Origin: Squalus acanthias
Taxonomy: Eukaryota
Direction: 5' to 3'
Assembly: GCA_030390025.1 (NCBI GenBank)
Contig: CM059432.1
Location: forward strand, 104,720,001-104,784,000
Length of the DNA stretch: 64,000 bases
In this document: positions 38,969 through 51,040 of the stretch, piece after piece
Position numbering within the stretch: position 1 is the first letter of the stretch
Layout of the letters: each line of letters begins with the position of its first letter
Position numbers and translations under genes: made by a program
Notes under the pieces: model-generated
Told to the model about the DNA's origin: nothing
Seen by the model: the letters and a program-made list of their open reading frames with translations, nothing else
Database searches by the model: none

Positions 38969-41494
38969 TAGGGGGAGATAGAGGAACAGATATGTAGGCA
39001 AATCTCAGAGAAGTGTGGTAATAATAGTAGGGGATTTCAACTTCCCCAATATTAACTGGGATAGTCAGAGTGTGAAAGGCTTAGAGGGTGCGGAATTCTT
39101 AAAGTGCATCCAGGAGAGCTTTTTGAGCCAGCATGTAGAAAGTCCTACGAGAGAGGGGGCGGTACTGGATCTAATTCTAGGGAATGTAGCCGGGCAAGTG
39201 GTAGTAGGAGAGCATTTTGGTGACAGTGACCATAATTCGGTGAGATTTAAGGTAGTCATGGAAAAGGACAAAGATGGACCGGAAATAAAGGTTCTAAATT
39301 GGGGGAAGGCCGATTTTAATATCATAAGGCAGGATCTGGCCAAAGTGGACTGGGATCAGCTACTTGTAGGAAAATCCACATCAGAGCAGTGGGAGTCTTT
39401 CAGAAAGGAAATAGAGAGAGTACAACGGCAACATGTTCCCGTAAAGGTCAAGGGTGGGACCAACAAGCCCAGGGAACCCTGGATGTCAAGGGATATACGA
39501 GAATGGATTAAGAAAAAAAGGGAGGCTTTTGGCAGATACAAAGGACTAAAAACAGTGGAAGCCCTAGAGGAGTATAGAAAGTGCAGGGGGGTACTTAAAA
39601 AAGAAATTAGGAGAGCGAAGAGGGGGCATGAAATAACACTGGCGGGCAAAATAAAGGAAAATCCCAAGGTGTTTCATAAGTATATTAAGGGCAAGAGGAT
39701 AACCAGGGAAAGAGTTGGGCCCATTAGGGACCATAGTGGCAATCTGTGTGTAGAGCCAGAAGATGTAGGTGGGGTTTTAAATAAATATTTTGCATCTGTG
39801 TTCACTATGGAGAAGGACGATGTAGGCATAGAAATCAGGCAGGGGGATTGTGATATACTTGAACAAATTAGTATTGAGAGGGAGGAGGTAGTAGCAGTTT
39901 TAGCAGGCTTAAAAGTGGATAAATCCCCAGGCCCAGACGAGATGTATCCCAGGCTGCTGTGTGAGCCAAGGGAGGAGATTGCAGGGGCTCTGACACAAAT
40001 TTTCAGAACCTCTCTGGCCACAGGGGAGGTGCCAGAGGACTGGAGAACAGCTAACGTAGTACCATTATTCAAGAAGGGTAGTAGGGATAAACCAGGGAAT
40101 TACAGGCCAGTGAGCCTAACATCAGTGGTAGGGAAATTATTGGAAAAAATTCTGAGGGACAGAATTAGTCTCCACTTGGAGGCAAGGATTAATCAAGGAT
40201 AGTCAGCATGGCTTTGTCAGGGGGAGATCATGTCTGACCAATTTGATTTAATTTTTTGAGGGGGTGACTAGGTGTGTGGATGAGGGTAGTGCAGTTGATG
40301 TGGTCTACATGGACTTCGGAAAACTTTTGACAAAGTCCCGCATGGGAGACTGGTCAAGAAGATAAAAGCCCATGGGATCCAAGGCAATTTGGCACATTGG
40401 ATCCAAAATTGGCTTAGTGGCAGGAGGCAGAGGGTGATGGTCGAAGGTTGTTTTTGTGACTGGAAGCCTGTGTCCAGTGGTGTACCGCAGGGATCGGTGC
40501 TGGGTCCTTTGCTGTTTGTAGTGTACATTAAATGATTTAGATATGAATGTAGGAGGTATGATCAGTAAGTTTGCAGATGACACAAAAATTGGTGGGGTGG
40601 TAAATAGCGAGGAGGGAAGCCTCAGGCTACAGGACGATATAGACGGGTTGGTCAGATGGGCAGAACAGTGGCAAATGGAATTTAACCCTGAAAAGTGTGA
40701 GGTGATGCATTTTGGGAGGACTAACAAGGCAAGGGAATACACAATGAATGATAGGACCCTAGGAAGGACAGAGGATCAGAGGGACCTTGGCGTGCATGTA
40801 CATAGATCCCTGAAGGCAGCAGGACAGGTAGATAAGGTGGTTAAAAAGGCATATGGGATACTTGCCTTCATTAGCCGAGGCATAGAATATAAGAGCAGGG
40901 AGGTTATGATGGAGCTGTACAAAACGCTAGTTAGGCCACAGCTGGAATACTGTGTGCAGTTCTGGTCGCCACACTATAGGAAGGATGTGATTGCATTGGA
41001 GAGGGTGCAGAGGAGATTCACCAGGATGTTACCTGGGCTGGAGCGCTTCAGCTATGAAGAGAGACTGGACAGGCTGGGGTTGCTTTCCTTAGAGCAAAGA
41101 AGGCTGAGGGGGGACCTGATTGAGGTGTACAAAATTATGAGGGGCATAGATAGGGTAGATAGAAAGGAACTTTTCCCCTTAGTAGAGGGGTCAATAACCA
41201 GGGGGCATAATTTCAAGGTAAGGGGCAGGAGGTTTAGAGGGATTTGAGGAAAAACTTTTTCACCCAGAGGGTGGTTGGAATCTGGAACTCACTGCCTGAA
41301 AGGGTGGTAGAGGCAGGAACCCTCACAACATTCAAGAAGCATTTAGATGAGCACTTGAAACGCCATAGCATACAAGGCTACGGACCAAGTGCTGGAAAAT
41401 GGGATTAAAATAGACAGGGCTTGATGGCCGGCGCGGACACGATGGGCCGAAGGGCCTCTTTCTGTGCTGTATAACTCTCTGACTCTATGACTCT
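38969..41494 (+). mobile_element. 5'-truncated CR1-type LINE, most of ORF2
   Basis: 395-aa ORF (GDFNFP, SDHN, KSPGPD, NYRPVSLTS) and 234-aa ORF (KFADDTK); a few frameshifts/stops; tail ctctatgactct. Confidence 0.95.
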
Positions 41495-42791
41495 AGACTG
41501 GACATTGACCTGGAGCCTTCTGATCTCACTGCCACACTGGCCAATGTATTTACCCAAGGATCTCTCTGGCCACTCTACAAAATAAAAATTATTATAAATT
41601 ATATATTCTCCCGAGAAGAAATCCACTTTAAAAAAAAAAAAAATATTTATAATACATGAAAGTTAATATTTTTCTCATTTCCATGAAAATGAGTTCAAAT
41701 TGCAGAATAAAGGAACCTGAAAGACAGCAGCAAATGTTTGCAATATCACCAACGACTCTGGAATCTGTGGATCAATTTCATTGTATTTGAAATTAATATT
41801 TAACCTTAATTTAATCGTCTTAACTGAACGTGATATAAACTGCAATACAGGAAGGGCTGCCGTGGGATATAATGTATAATTCTGCTTATGTTGCTAACCA
41901 GAACTTACTTGCAGCTTTGTTCCCAGTGATTTATCAGGTCAGCATACTTTGTGGGATAGAAATGTGATCCTCTGATTTCTCTGCAATGTACCCTCCTATT
42001 TCCTGTGTGCATTTTGTTTTGTTTTTCTTTTCATCCAGAAGAGAGTTCCTGAGCATTGCTCATTTTTCTTAGTTTCATTGCCCTGGTAGTGACTCAAGTA
42101 ATAATATGTTAGAAGCTGAATTCAAGATCATGTGTCAAAAGTTAAATCTGAAAGTTTTGTTTTTGTTCTTGTTTTCTTAATCCTAAATGTATTTTGTTTA
42201 TTTGCTGTCTTATCTACTTGAGGCAATAATAGATTAAAAACATGAGAAAGGACAGGAAAAGACCAGCTGGTCCATTAAGTCTGTCCTGTTCTGACATGGT
42301 GTAACTTCTACACATCACCTCCCCCTCAACCCCCCATAATCACACAATCTCTTGGGAAATGCAAAAAAAAAGAAAAACTCTTAGGCAATTCACCAGTTGC
42401 AGGCTTGAGAGGGCAATAATGTGTGATTGTGTCAGTTTTTATTTGACTGGCAGTTCCTTTTTAAATTTCAGAGGTCAGTTTTTTACAACCAAAGAGGGCA
42501 GACTTTCTTCTTCTCAGCACCTGGGAAATCCCAGGATTTCCTGAGGCTTCCCCAATGTAAGTGGACCCAGGATTGGTATTATAATAATGCAAGAGTCTGC
42601 TCTCACACCCCCATAGACTGAAGGGCCTGCAGAGGTACTGGAGGCAGGCTGAGGATCATGTAGACTAGTTTGTAAAAAATAAATTACATCACCTAGAATG
42701 AGTTGAAACACTCGGGGCTTTCTGGCCACTGATCTCCAACAACAGCCAGAAGGCCCCATTCTCAATGGCCAGGAGCACAGCCTGCAGCTGT

Positions 42792-43078
42792 TAGGGTTGC
42801 CAACTTTAGTTGGACATATTCCTGGAGATTTCATTACATGACCTCCCACATTCAGCCGCCCCACCCAGTAAAAAAGCCTTTATCCCCATCTACCAATATT
42901 TTTTATAATAATAAATGTGTTCAAACACTAATAAAAGTGATCAAAGAAAATGAAAAAAAAAAATGCATTCTTTTAAAGCCCCCTTGATTTTTCTCCCGGG
43001 TTGCTCGCCGCAGTGCCCAGGAGATGAATCTTCAATTCCTGAAGACTCCAGGACAATCCTGGAGGGTTGGCAACCTTC
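42792..43078. mobile_element. hAT-superfamily MITE, 287 bp
   Basis: TIRs TAGGGTTGCCAAC / GTTGGCAACCTTC; exact 8-bp TSD GCAGCTGT at 42784-42791 and 43079-43086. Confidence 0.88.
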
Positions 43079-43514
43079 GCAGCTGTGCACCAATTTCCTC
43101 CTCAGTATAAAGGTTCAAGACCCAGCCGTAGGGTGGGCCTGTGCCTGGAGTTCCCCAAGACAATACAAATGGCCTGGGGGAGGAAACACATGGGCAGCTG
43201 CTTTCTCTGAGGTGCACTTCAGGTACACGGTGTATGTCAGACGCCCAGCGAGTACCCATTGAGGAAAATCTACCCTTAGAGGTCCCAGTAACACTCTTCC
43301 TAGATGTGAAAAAGATTGCTGTTTAAATCAGGGGCAGTTGGAAAATCTCATGCAGAGGCATTTTAAGAACTCAGAGAAAAACACGGCCAGTATCAATCAG
43401 TTCGATACTCCTTAAAGAAAGGAGAAATGCTGTGTGTATATGTAAGTTATTTACAAAGGATTAGCTTAGTTTTTAGAACTGCATTCTTTTATTTATTATT
43501 TTAACTACTTGAGG

Positions 43515-43805
43515 ATTACATAGAATTTACAGCACAGAAACAGGCCATTTGGCCCAACAGGTCCATGCCGCTGTTTATGCTCCAAACGAGCCTCTTCCCA
43601 CTCCTCTTCATCTAACCCCATCAACATATCCTTCTATTCCTTTCTCCCTCATGTACTTATCTAGCTGCCCCGTAAATACATCTATGCTATTCACCTCCAT
43701 GTGGCAGCGAGTTCCAGATTCTAACCACTCTCTGGGTAAAGAGTTTTCTCCTGAATTCCCTATTGGATTTATTAGTGAGTATCTTATATTTATGGCCACT
43801 AGTTC
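43515..43805 (-). mobile_element. CR1-type LINE 3' end
   Basis: Same subfamily tail as 25776-26292. Confidence 0.8.
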
Positions 43806-44314
43806 TTACCTTCAAGGCAAGAATAACAACTTTTGAAGGTACAGGGAGTGCGGACTCACCCATGATAGTGATCTCAGATATGAGAGCTAAAATATTCTAG
43901 GATAGGAAGGTTAGAGAAGATCTAACAATGTAACAGGATGTCATTGCCTATTCATGGCCTGCATGATTCTCCATCTATTAGTTGGAATGGCTAGAAAATT
44001 GTGCGCACTTATCTCTGCTCAAAGCTTTGCTGGGAACATTAAATCATAAAATTCAACCCAGTATCTCTATCAAAGAGCAATTCAGCTCGCTCTTGCTGTT
44101 GTGCTAGAAAGCTTCTCCAAGTCATTTGCCCCAGTGAAATCATCAAAAGCAAGAGCTTTGAGCACAGAGCTGGGTGAGAGTTGGCTGAATCTGATAAACG
44201 GAGTGGCTTGCTAAACAGAGTGACGACAGGAATTTGGTGAGAGTGGGAATTCACTGGTAAGTAGTGGGTGAGTAGAACAAAAAGAGTATTGTTATCAAAC
44301 TGAAATCTAACTTA

Positions 44315-44548
44315 TACGATAGCAAAATACTGCGGATGCTGGAAATCTGAAATAACAACAGAAAACGCTGGAAAAACTCAGCAGGCCAGGCAGCATCCGT
44401 GGAGAGAGAAAGAGAGTTAACGTTTCAGGTCGATGACCTTTCGTCAGAACTGATGAAAGGTCATCGACCTGAAACGTTAACTCTCTTTCTCTCTCCACGG
44501 ATGCTGCCTGGCCTGCTGAGTTTTTCCAGCGTTTTCTGTTGTTATTTT
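44315..44548. mobile_element. Palindromic Penelope-derived insertion (inverted terminal-repeat pair)
   Basis: 98-bp arms 44350-44447 and 44450-44547 with one mismatch; 14-bp TSD TGAAATCTAACTTA at 44301-44314 and 44549-44562; homologous to 47170-47300. Confidence 0.9.
44415..44451 (-). ncRNA. Minimal type I hammerhead ribozyme motif (a mirror core lacking stem I lies on + at 44450-44482)
   Basis: Minus strand: AGTT-CTGACGA-A-AGGTC atc GACCT-GAA-ACGT-T-AACT. Confidence 0.8.
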
Positions 44549-44659
44549 TGAAATCTAACTTAGTTTCCTAATTTTAAAAAAACTGCAAGCCAGTGGCAGT
44601 TAAAAGTCAATCTGCTGTAAGTGGGTCCCTGACTAACTATTAATTATTGTGGTTAGAAG

Positions 44660-46012
44660 CTGATCTCACAAAGGCCTTCGACACTGTCAACCGTGAGGGA
44701 TTATGGAGTGTCCTCCTCAAATTCAGCTGCCCTCAAAAGTTTGTCACCATCCTCCGCCTGCTTCACGACGACATGCAAGCTGTGATCCTGACCAACGGTT
44801 CCACCACAGACCTAATTCACGTACGGACCGGGGTCAAGCAAGGCTGTGTCATCGCACCAACGCTCTTCTCAATCTTCCTGGCTTCAATGCTCCATCTCAC
44901 CCTCAGTAAGCTCCCCGCTGGAGTGGAGCTAATTTACAGAACAAACGGGAAACTGTTCAACCTCCGCCGCCTCCAGTCCAGATCCAAGGTCGTCCCATCC
45001 TCTGTTGTCGAATTACAGTATGCAGACGACGCTTGCGTCTGCGCTCACTTGGAGGTCGAACTCCAAACCATCGTCAACACCTTCATCGAAGCGTACGAGA
45101 GCATGGGCCTTACACTAAACATCCGTAAGACAAAGGTCCTCTACCAACTTGTCCCCGCCACACACTACTGCCCCCTGATTATCAAAATCCACGACAAGGC
45201 CTTAGACAACGTGAACCACTTTCCATACTTCGGGAGCTTACTGTCAACAAGGGCAGACGTCAATGACGAAGTCCAACACCGCCTTCAGTGTGCCAGTGCA
45301 GTCTTCGGTCGCCTGAGGAAGAGTGTGTTTGAAGACCAGGACCTCAAACCCGGCACTAAGCTCATGGTCTACAGAGCAGCAGTGATACCCACCCTGCTGT
45401 ATGCCTCAGAGACATGGACCATGTACAGCAGGCACCTCAAAGCACTGGAGAGGTACCACCAACGCTGCCTCCGCAAGATCCTGCAAATCCATTGGCAGGA
45501 TAGGTACACCGTCAGTGTTCTCGCTCAGGCCAACATCCCCAGCATCGAAGCTTTGACCACGCTCAATCAGCTCCGATGGACGGGTCACATCATCCGCATG
45601 CCCGATACGAGACTCCCAAAACAAGCGCTCTACTCGGAGCTCCGGCACGGCAAGAGAGCCACAGGTGGGCAGAGGAAACGCTTCAAGGACACCCTCAAAG
45701 CCTCCTTGAAAAAGTGCAACATCCCCACAGACACCTGGGAATCCCTGGCCCAAGACTGCACAAAGTGGTGGAGAAGCATCCGGGAAGGCGCCGAACACCT
45801 CGAGTCTCTTCGCCGGGAGCAAGCGGAAGCCAGGCACAAGCAGCGCAAGGAGCGCACGTCAACCCAAGCACCCCACCCACCCGCCCCTTCAACCACCGTC
45901 TGCCCCACCTGTGACAGAGACTGTAGGTCCCGCATTGGACTCATCAGTCACCTGAGAACTCATTTTTAATGTGGAAGCAAGTCATCCTCGGTTCCGAGGG
46001 ACTGCCTAAGAA
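44660..46012 (+). mobile_element. 5'-truncated RTE-clade LINE with uninterrupted RT ORF
   Basis: 440-aa ORF: DLTKAFDTV, GVKQGC, LQYADD, C-terminal C2H2-like CPTC..HLRTH; same 3' UTR as 9063-9530. Confidence 0.95.
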
Positions 46013-46430
46013 AGGGGGTAGTAGAGAAATTGGATAGGATAAAAATAAAGGAGGAGGTACTAAAAAGATTGGCAGCACCCAAAGTAGAAAGGTTCAGATG
46101 GGATGCATCCTAGATTGCTGAGGGAAGTAAGGATGGAAATTTCGGAGGCTCTGGCCACAATCTTCCAATCCTCCTTAGATATAGGAGTGGTGCCATAGCA
46201 CTGGAAGACTGCAAATGTTACACCTCTGTTCAAAAAAGGGGAGAAGGATAAACCCGGCAACTACAGGCCAGTCAGCCTAACGTTGGTGGTGGGGAAACTT
46301 TTAGAGACATTAATCCAGGGCAAAATTAACTAGCACTTGAAAAAATCTGGGTTAATAAATGAAAGCCAGCACACATTTGTTAAAGGTAAATCCTGTTTGA
46401 CTAACTTGATTGAGTTGAAGTAACAGAAAG

Positions 46431-47302
46431 GCATTCCGAAGGGACCGTTCCCTCCGCAACACCCTGGTCCACTCCTCAATCACCCCCAACACCCCCTCCC
46501 CGTCCCCTTCCTGCGGCACCTTCCCATGCAAGCACAGGAGATGCAACACTGTCCTTTTACCAACTCCCTTCCCACCATCCAGGGCCCCAAACACTCCTTC
46601 AAGGTGAAACATCGATTTACTTGTACTACTTTCAATTTAGTATACGGCATTCGCTGTTCACAATGGGGAGACCAAACGCTGATTGTGTGACCGCTTTGCA
46701 GAACACCTCCATTCAGTCCGCAAGCATGACCCTGAGCTTCTGGTCGTCTATCACTTTAATTCTCTGCTCCACTCCCACTCTGACCTCTTCATCCTCAGCC
46801 TCCTACTGTTCCAATGAAGCTCAATGTAAGCTCGAGGAACAGTATCTTATCTTTCGATTAGGCACTTTACAGCCTTCTGGACTCAACACTGAGTTCAACA
46901 ATTTCAGATCTTAACCTCTGCCCCCATTTTTTTGGACAACAGCTGTTGATGATTCTGTTATTCCCATTTTCACGTCTTCTCGGCCCACCTTTTGTTTCTT
47001 TACTTGTCCCATTTCCATCTCCTTTTGTTTTGTACAATCATACATTTTGTCATTTAATCACTCCTGCCTTCTGCCCTATCACAGACCTTCCCTTTTGTTC
47101 TTTCCTCCCCTCCCCACTTTCCCTGTCTCTGTACTTGCTTAAAACCTGTTATATCTCTAACTTTTTTCAGTTCTGACGAAAGGTCATCGACCTGAAACGT
47201 TAACTCTGTTTCTCTCCCCACAGATGCTGCCTGACCTGCTGAGCATTTCCAGCATTTTCTCTTTTTATTTCAGATTTCCAGCATCTGCAGTATTTTGTTT
47301 TT
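46431..47302 (+). mobile_element. Penelope-like element 3' portion (GIY-YIG endonuclease remnant + terminal repeat)
   Basis: PCKHRRCNT linker; IQGPKHSFKVKHRFTCTTFNLVYGIRCSQ..GETKR; CSNEAQCKLEEQYLIFRLGTLQPSGLNTEF; hammerhead motif downstream. Confidence 0.85.
47169..47205 (+). ncRNA. Minimal type I hammerhead ribozyme motif
   Basis: AGTT-CTGACGA-A-AGGTC atc GACCT-GAA-ACGT-T-AACT. Confidence 0.8.
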
Positions 47303-48553
47303 TTAATGAGGTTAGTGCGATTGATGTTGTGTATATGGACTTTCAAAAGGTGTTTGATAAAGTGCCACATAATAGACATTATCAAAATTGATGCCCATGG
47401 AATTAAAGGGGCAGTGGCTGCATAGATACAAAATTGGCTAAGGGACAGCAAGCAGAGAGTAGTGGTGAACGGCTGTTTTTCAGACTGGAGGGAAATATAA
47501 AATTGTGTTTCCCAGGGGTCAGTATTAGGACCACGGCTCTTTTTGATATATATTAATGACATGGACTTGGGTATACAGGGCATAATTTCAAAGTTTGCAG
47601 ATGACATGAAACTCGGAAATGTAGCAAACAGTGAGGAAGATATTAATAGCCTACAGGAGGACATAGACAGACTGGTGAAATGGCAGATGAAATTTAACGC
47701 AGAGAAATGTGAAGTGATTCACTTTGGTAGGAAGAATGAGGAGAGGCAATATAAACTAAATGATACAATTTTAAAGGGGGTGCAGGAACAGAGAGACCTG
47801 GGGGGGTGTACGCACACAAATCTTTGAAGGTGGCAGGACAAGTTGAGAAGGCTATTAAAAAGGCCTATGGGATCCTTGGTTTTATAAATAGAGGCATAGA
47901 GTACAAAAGCAAGGAAGTTATGCTGAACCTTTATAAAACACTGGTTAGGCCCCAGATGGAGTATTGTGGCAAATTCTGGGCTCCACACTTTAGGAAGGAC
48001 GTCAAGGCCTTAGAGGGTGCAGAGGAGATTTACTAGAATGGTACCAGGGATGAAAGACTTCAGTTACGTGGCGAGACTAGAAAAACTGGGGTTGTTCTCC
48101 TTAGAGCAGAGAAGGTTAAGGGGAAATTGGATAGAGGTGTTCAAAGTCATGAAGGGTTTTGATAGAGTAAGTAAGGAGAAATTGTTTCTAGTGGCAGAAG
48201 GGTTGGTAACCAGAGGACACAGATTTAACATAATTGGCAAAAGAACCAGAGGCAACATGAGGGGAAAAAAATTTACACAGCAAGTTGTTATGATCTGGAA
48301 TGCACTGCCTGAAAGTGTGGTGGAAGCAGATTCAATAATAACTTTCAAAAGGGAATTGGATAAATACTTGAAGAGAAATATTTGCAGGGCTATGGGGAAA
48401 GAGCAGGGGAGTGGGACTAAATGGATAGCTCTTTCAAAGAGTCAGCAGAGACACGATGGGCCGAATGGCCTTCTTCTGTGCCGTATGATTCTAGGATTCT
48501 ATGATAATTCTTTACAACTGATTGATTTTAGAAATGGTACTTAGTGATACTCA

Positions 48554-49620
48554 GGCCCTGAAAATGCATGGGATGCGATCCTGGAATCCAGCACTGACCC
48601 TACTGGAGTTTGCAAGGTCAGTGGGAGGGCACCTCATTTGCATAGATCCAGCAGGCACCACATACAAGAAACGCTGGCAGAGTTGCCATGGACCCCTTCC
48701 CGGAGATCCCATTCGGTTCTCCTTCAGAAAGGGGCTGCTAAAAAAAATTCTAAATAACAAACATTTCTGGAATTTGGCCCTCACCTCTTGCAGGGTGCAC
48801 TCCAGCCCTCCTGAAAGCTGGTGTGCCCCATCTCACTTAGGGCAGCGACCCACAGTCTCATGCTGAGTTCCTTACGGGCTGAGGAAGCGGGAATTCCCAG
48901 CTTACTCCCCACCCCTGGCTCTGCCCACTCTTATATGGCCTTGAACGGGGTGGGCGGAGGCTTCTCTCCTTACAAAGCCAACTGCCTTTGTACATCTTCG
49001 ATATTCAGTTGTGGATGATGTCCCCTGTAGCAGCCTGGAAAGAGCCTGTGGTGAAAAAGTTAATGGCGGTGGTGACTTTGACAGCCGCTGCAACAGCCTG
49101 CCTGGTGAAGCACAGCCTCCACCTGCACCTGCACTGTTCCTCAGAAATATCCAAGAAAGTAAGTCTTGGCCTATAGACCCTGTGGGTTGGGTAATGCCTT
49201 CCAGAAACAGCTCCTCTCACCTGCTGTCTTCTAACAGGTCCACCCACTGCTTCTTGTGGCTTTTCAGGCTGCTCATTCTCCAACTTTAGTCCATACAACG
49301 GAGTGAAGGAAAAACAACACCAACAGAAAAAATATGCAGGGAGTGCTTAATGAAGGTAAGTAAGGGGAAAAAATCAGAAAGAAGCTCAGAACTGGCTTGG
49401 AAAAGCACTACTTACAATAGTACACATCCTAATGACCTAAGTGTCTGTAGGTGAGTTGCCTTTTTAAATCAGCTTCCGGTCAGATCAGTCAGTTTGTGAA
49501 GTCAATGGTGCTAAGTTTTACTCAGCGGGTTTGCCACTGGGCGGGACTTCTGACAGGTGCGTTTGCAACCTCAATCAACTGCAGAGTAAGAATGGCAGTC
49601 GCGAATTTTCGAGGGAATGG
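48554..49620 (-). mobile_element. Internally deleted PIF/Harbinger transposon with transposase remnant
   Basis: RVYRPRLTFLDISEEQC..AVKVTTAINFFTTGSFQAATGD (49005-49298) resembles the Harbinger/HARBI1 transposase N-terminus; ends approximate. Confidence 0.65.
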
Positions 49621-50629
49621 GGCCGTAAGTCAGTTGTAACTGCTCAATTACCTTGTTCCAGCAGGGTGTGTTGAGTTACAATCGAGGTCGAAGAGTCAGC
49701 TCAGTTTGTATATAGTGTATGTTTAGTTACCGGACTGTATTGGTATGTTGCTGTGTATTTTTACTCATGTACATTATTTCATCTGCAAATCAATCTGAAC
49801 AAATTTTTAGCTTATCTGCATTGGGCTGGTAATTTGCTACGTTCTGTTTTTGGAGGTGATACAAGAATGCGATGGACATCCCACATTCTCCTCTGAGTGA
49901 GATACTACAACTGGAGATTAATTCTTAATTCTTAAGGCTGGACAATAATAACCTGTACATGCAGTGAATAAAGATGCAGGTTTTGGCTGTTTGTGGAAAC
50001 TATAATCTAGCCATGAACATGAAAATAAGTGTAAGGAAAAAATGTGTAATACCCACCTCGGCCTCTTACTGAGGAAATTCTTGTCGCATCAGATTGAGAT
50101 ATGTTTTGCCATTTTTCCGCCGACATCAGAAATCACACGTCCATACACCCCAACTGTCGGCTAACAGTAACCAGTGTTTGCTGACAAAAATCAGCATTGC
50201 CGATGATACCTGGTCGCTCCAGAACGCCCTGCAATTTGTTCTGCACACGTGCAATGATGTGTGTCCCACACCATCTGGCTCCCTCGTCAGGTTGTCTGGG
50301 AATGCCTCGCAATTCTGTTCTGCATATGTGTACGCCGGAGCTTATGTGTGTGTGTACACACGATCTGGTGGCGCCTGCACTGGCTTGGCACCAGGTAAAA
50401 AACCTTAAAATAAATACATTTTCTTAAGTTCTATTACTTTAATACTGTGAGAAATAATGTCTAATGTAAAACTGCTGGCACAGCTACTTTACATAAAATC
50501 TAACAGGAAGTAGTGATACAGAATTTAATTTAATGTATATTCTGTTGGCAGTTTCCGTTATTTAAAAAAGTTTGGGGTTTATTGTGACAGCAGAAAAGTG
50601 AGGATGAATGGTTAAATAGAAAGACTATG

Positions 50630-51040
50630 GGGCCTTTCACAACCTCAGGACTTCCCAAAGTGCATTACAGCCAATGAAGTAATTTTGAAGTGTAGTCACT
50701 TGTGATGTAGGAAATGCAGCAGCCAATTTGCACACAGTAAGATTCCACAAACAGCAATGATATAAATGATCAGATAATCTGCTTTTAGTGATGTTGGTTG
50801 AGGGATAAAGATTGGCCACGACACCGAGGAGAACTCTCCTGCTCTTCTTCAAATAGTGCAGTGGGATCTTTTACTTCCACCTGATTTGGTTTAACGTCTC
50901 ATCTGAAAGATGGCACCTCTGACAGTGCAGCACTCCCTCAGTACTGCACTGGAGTGTCAGCCTAGCTTATGTGCTCAAGTCTCGGGAGTCGGACTTTCTG
51001 ACTCAGGCGAGAGTGCTACCATTGAGACAAGGCTGACAGT
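50630..51040 (-). mobile_element. Near full-length SacSINE1/AmnSINE1-like Deu-domain SINE
   Basis: Minus strand: tRNA-like head, gtgcagtactgagggagtgctgcactgtc, ttgctgtttgtgg..aaattggctgc, tail gggaagtcctgaggttgtgaaagg. Confidence 0.8.

Larger units (their letters stand above)
46013..48505 (+). mobile_element. Decayed CR1-type LINE ORF2/3' end, interrupted at about 46431-47302
   Basis: NYRPVSL before the break; IYINDMD..KFADDMKL, LVRPQMEYC and tail ttctatgat after it. Confidence 0.9.
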
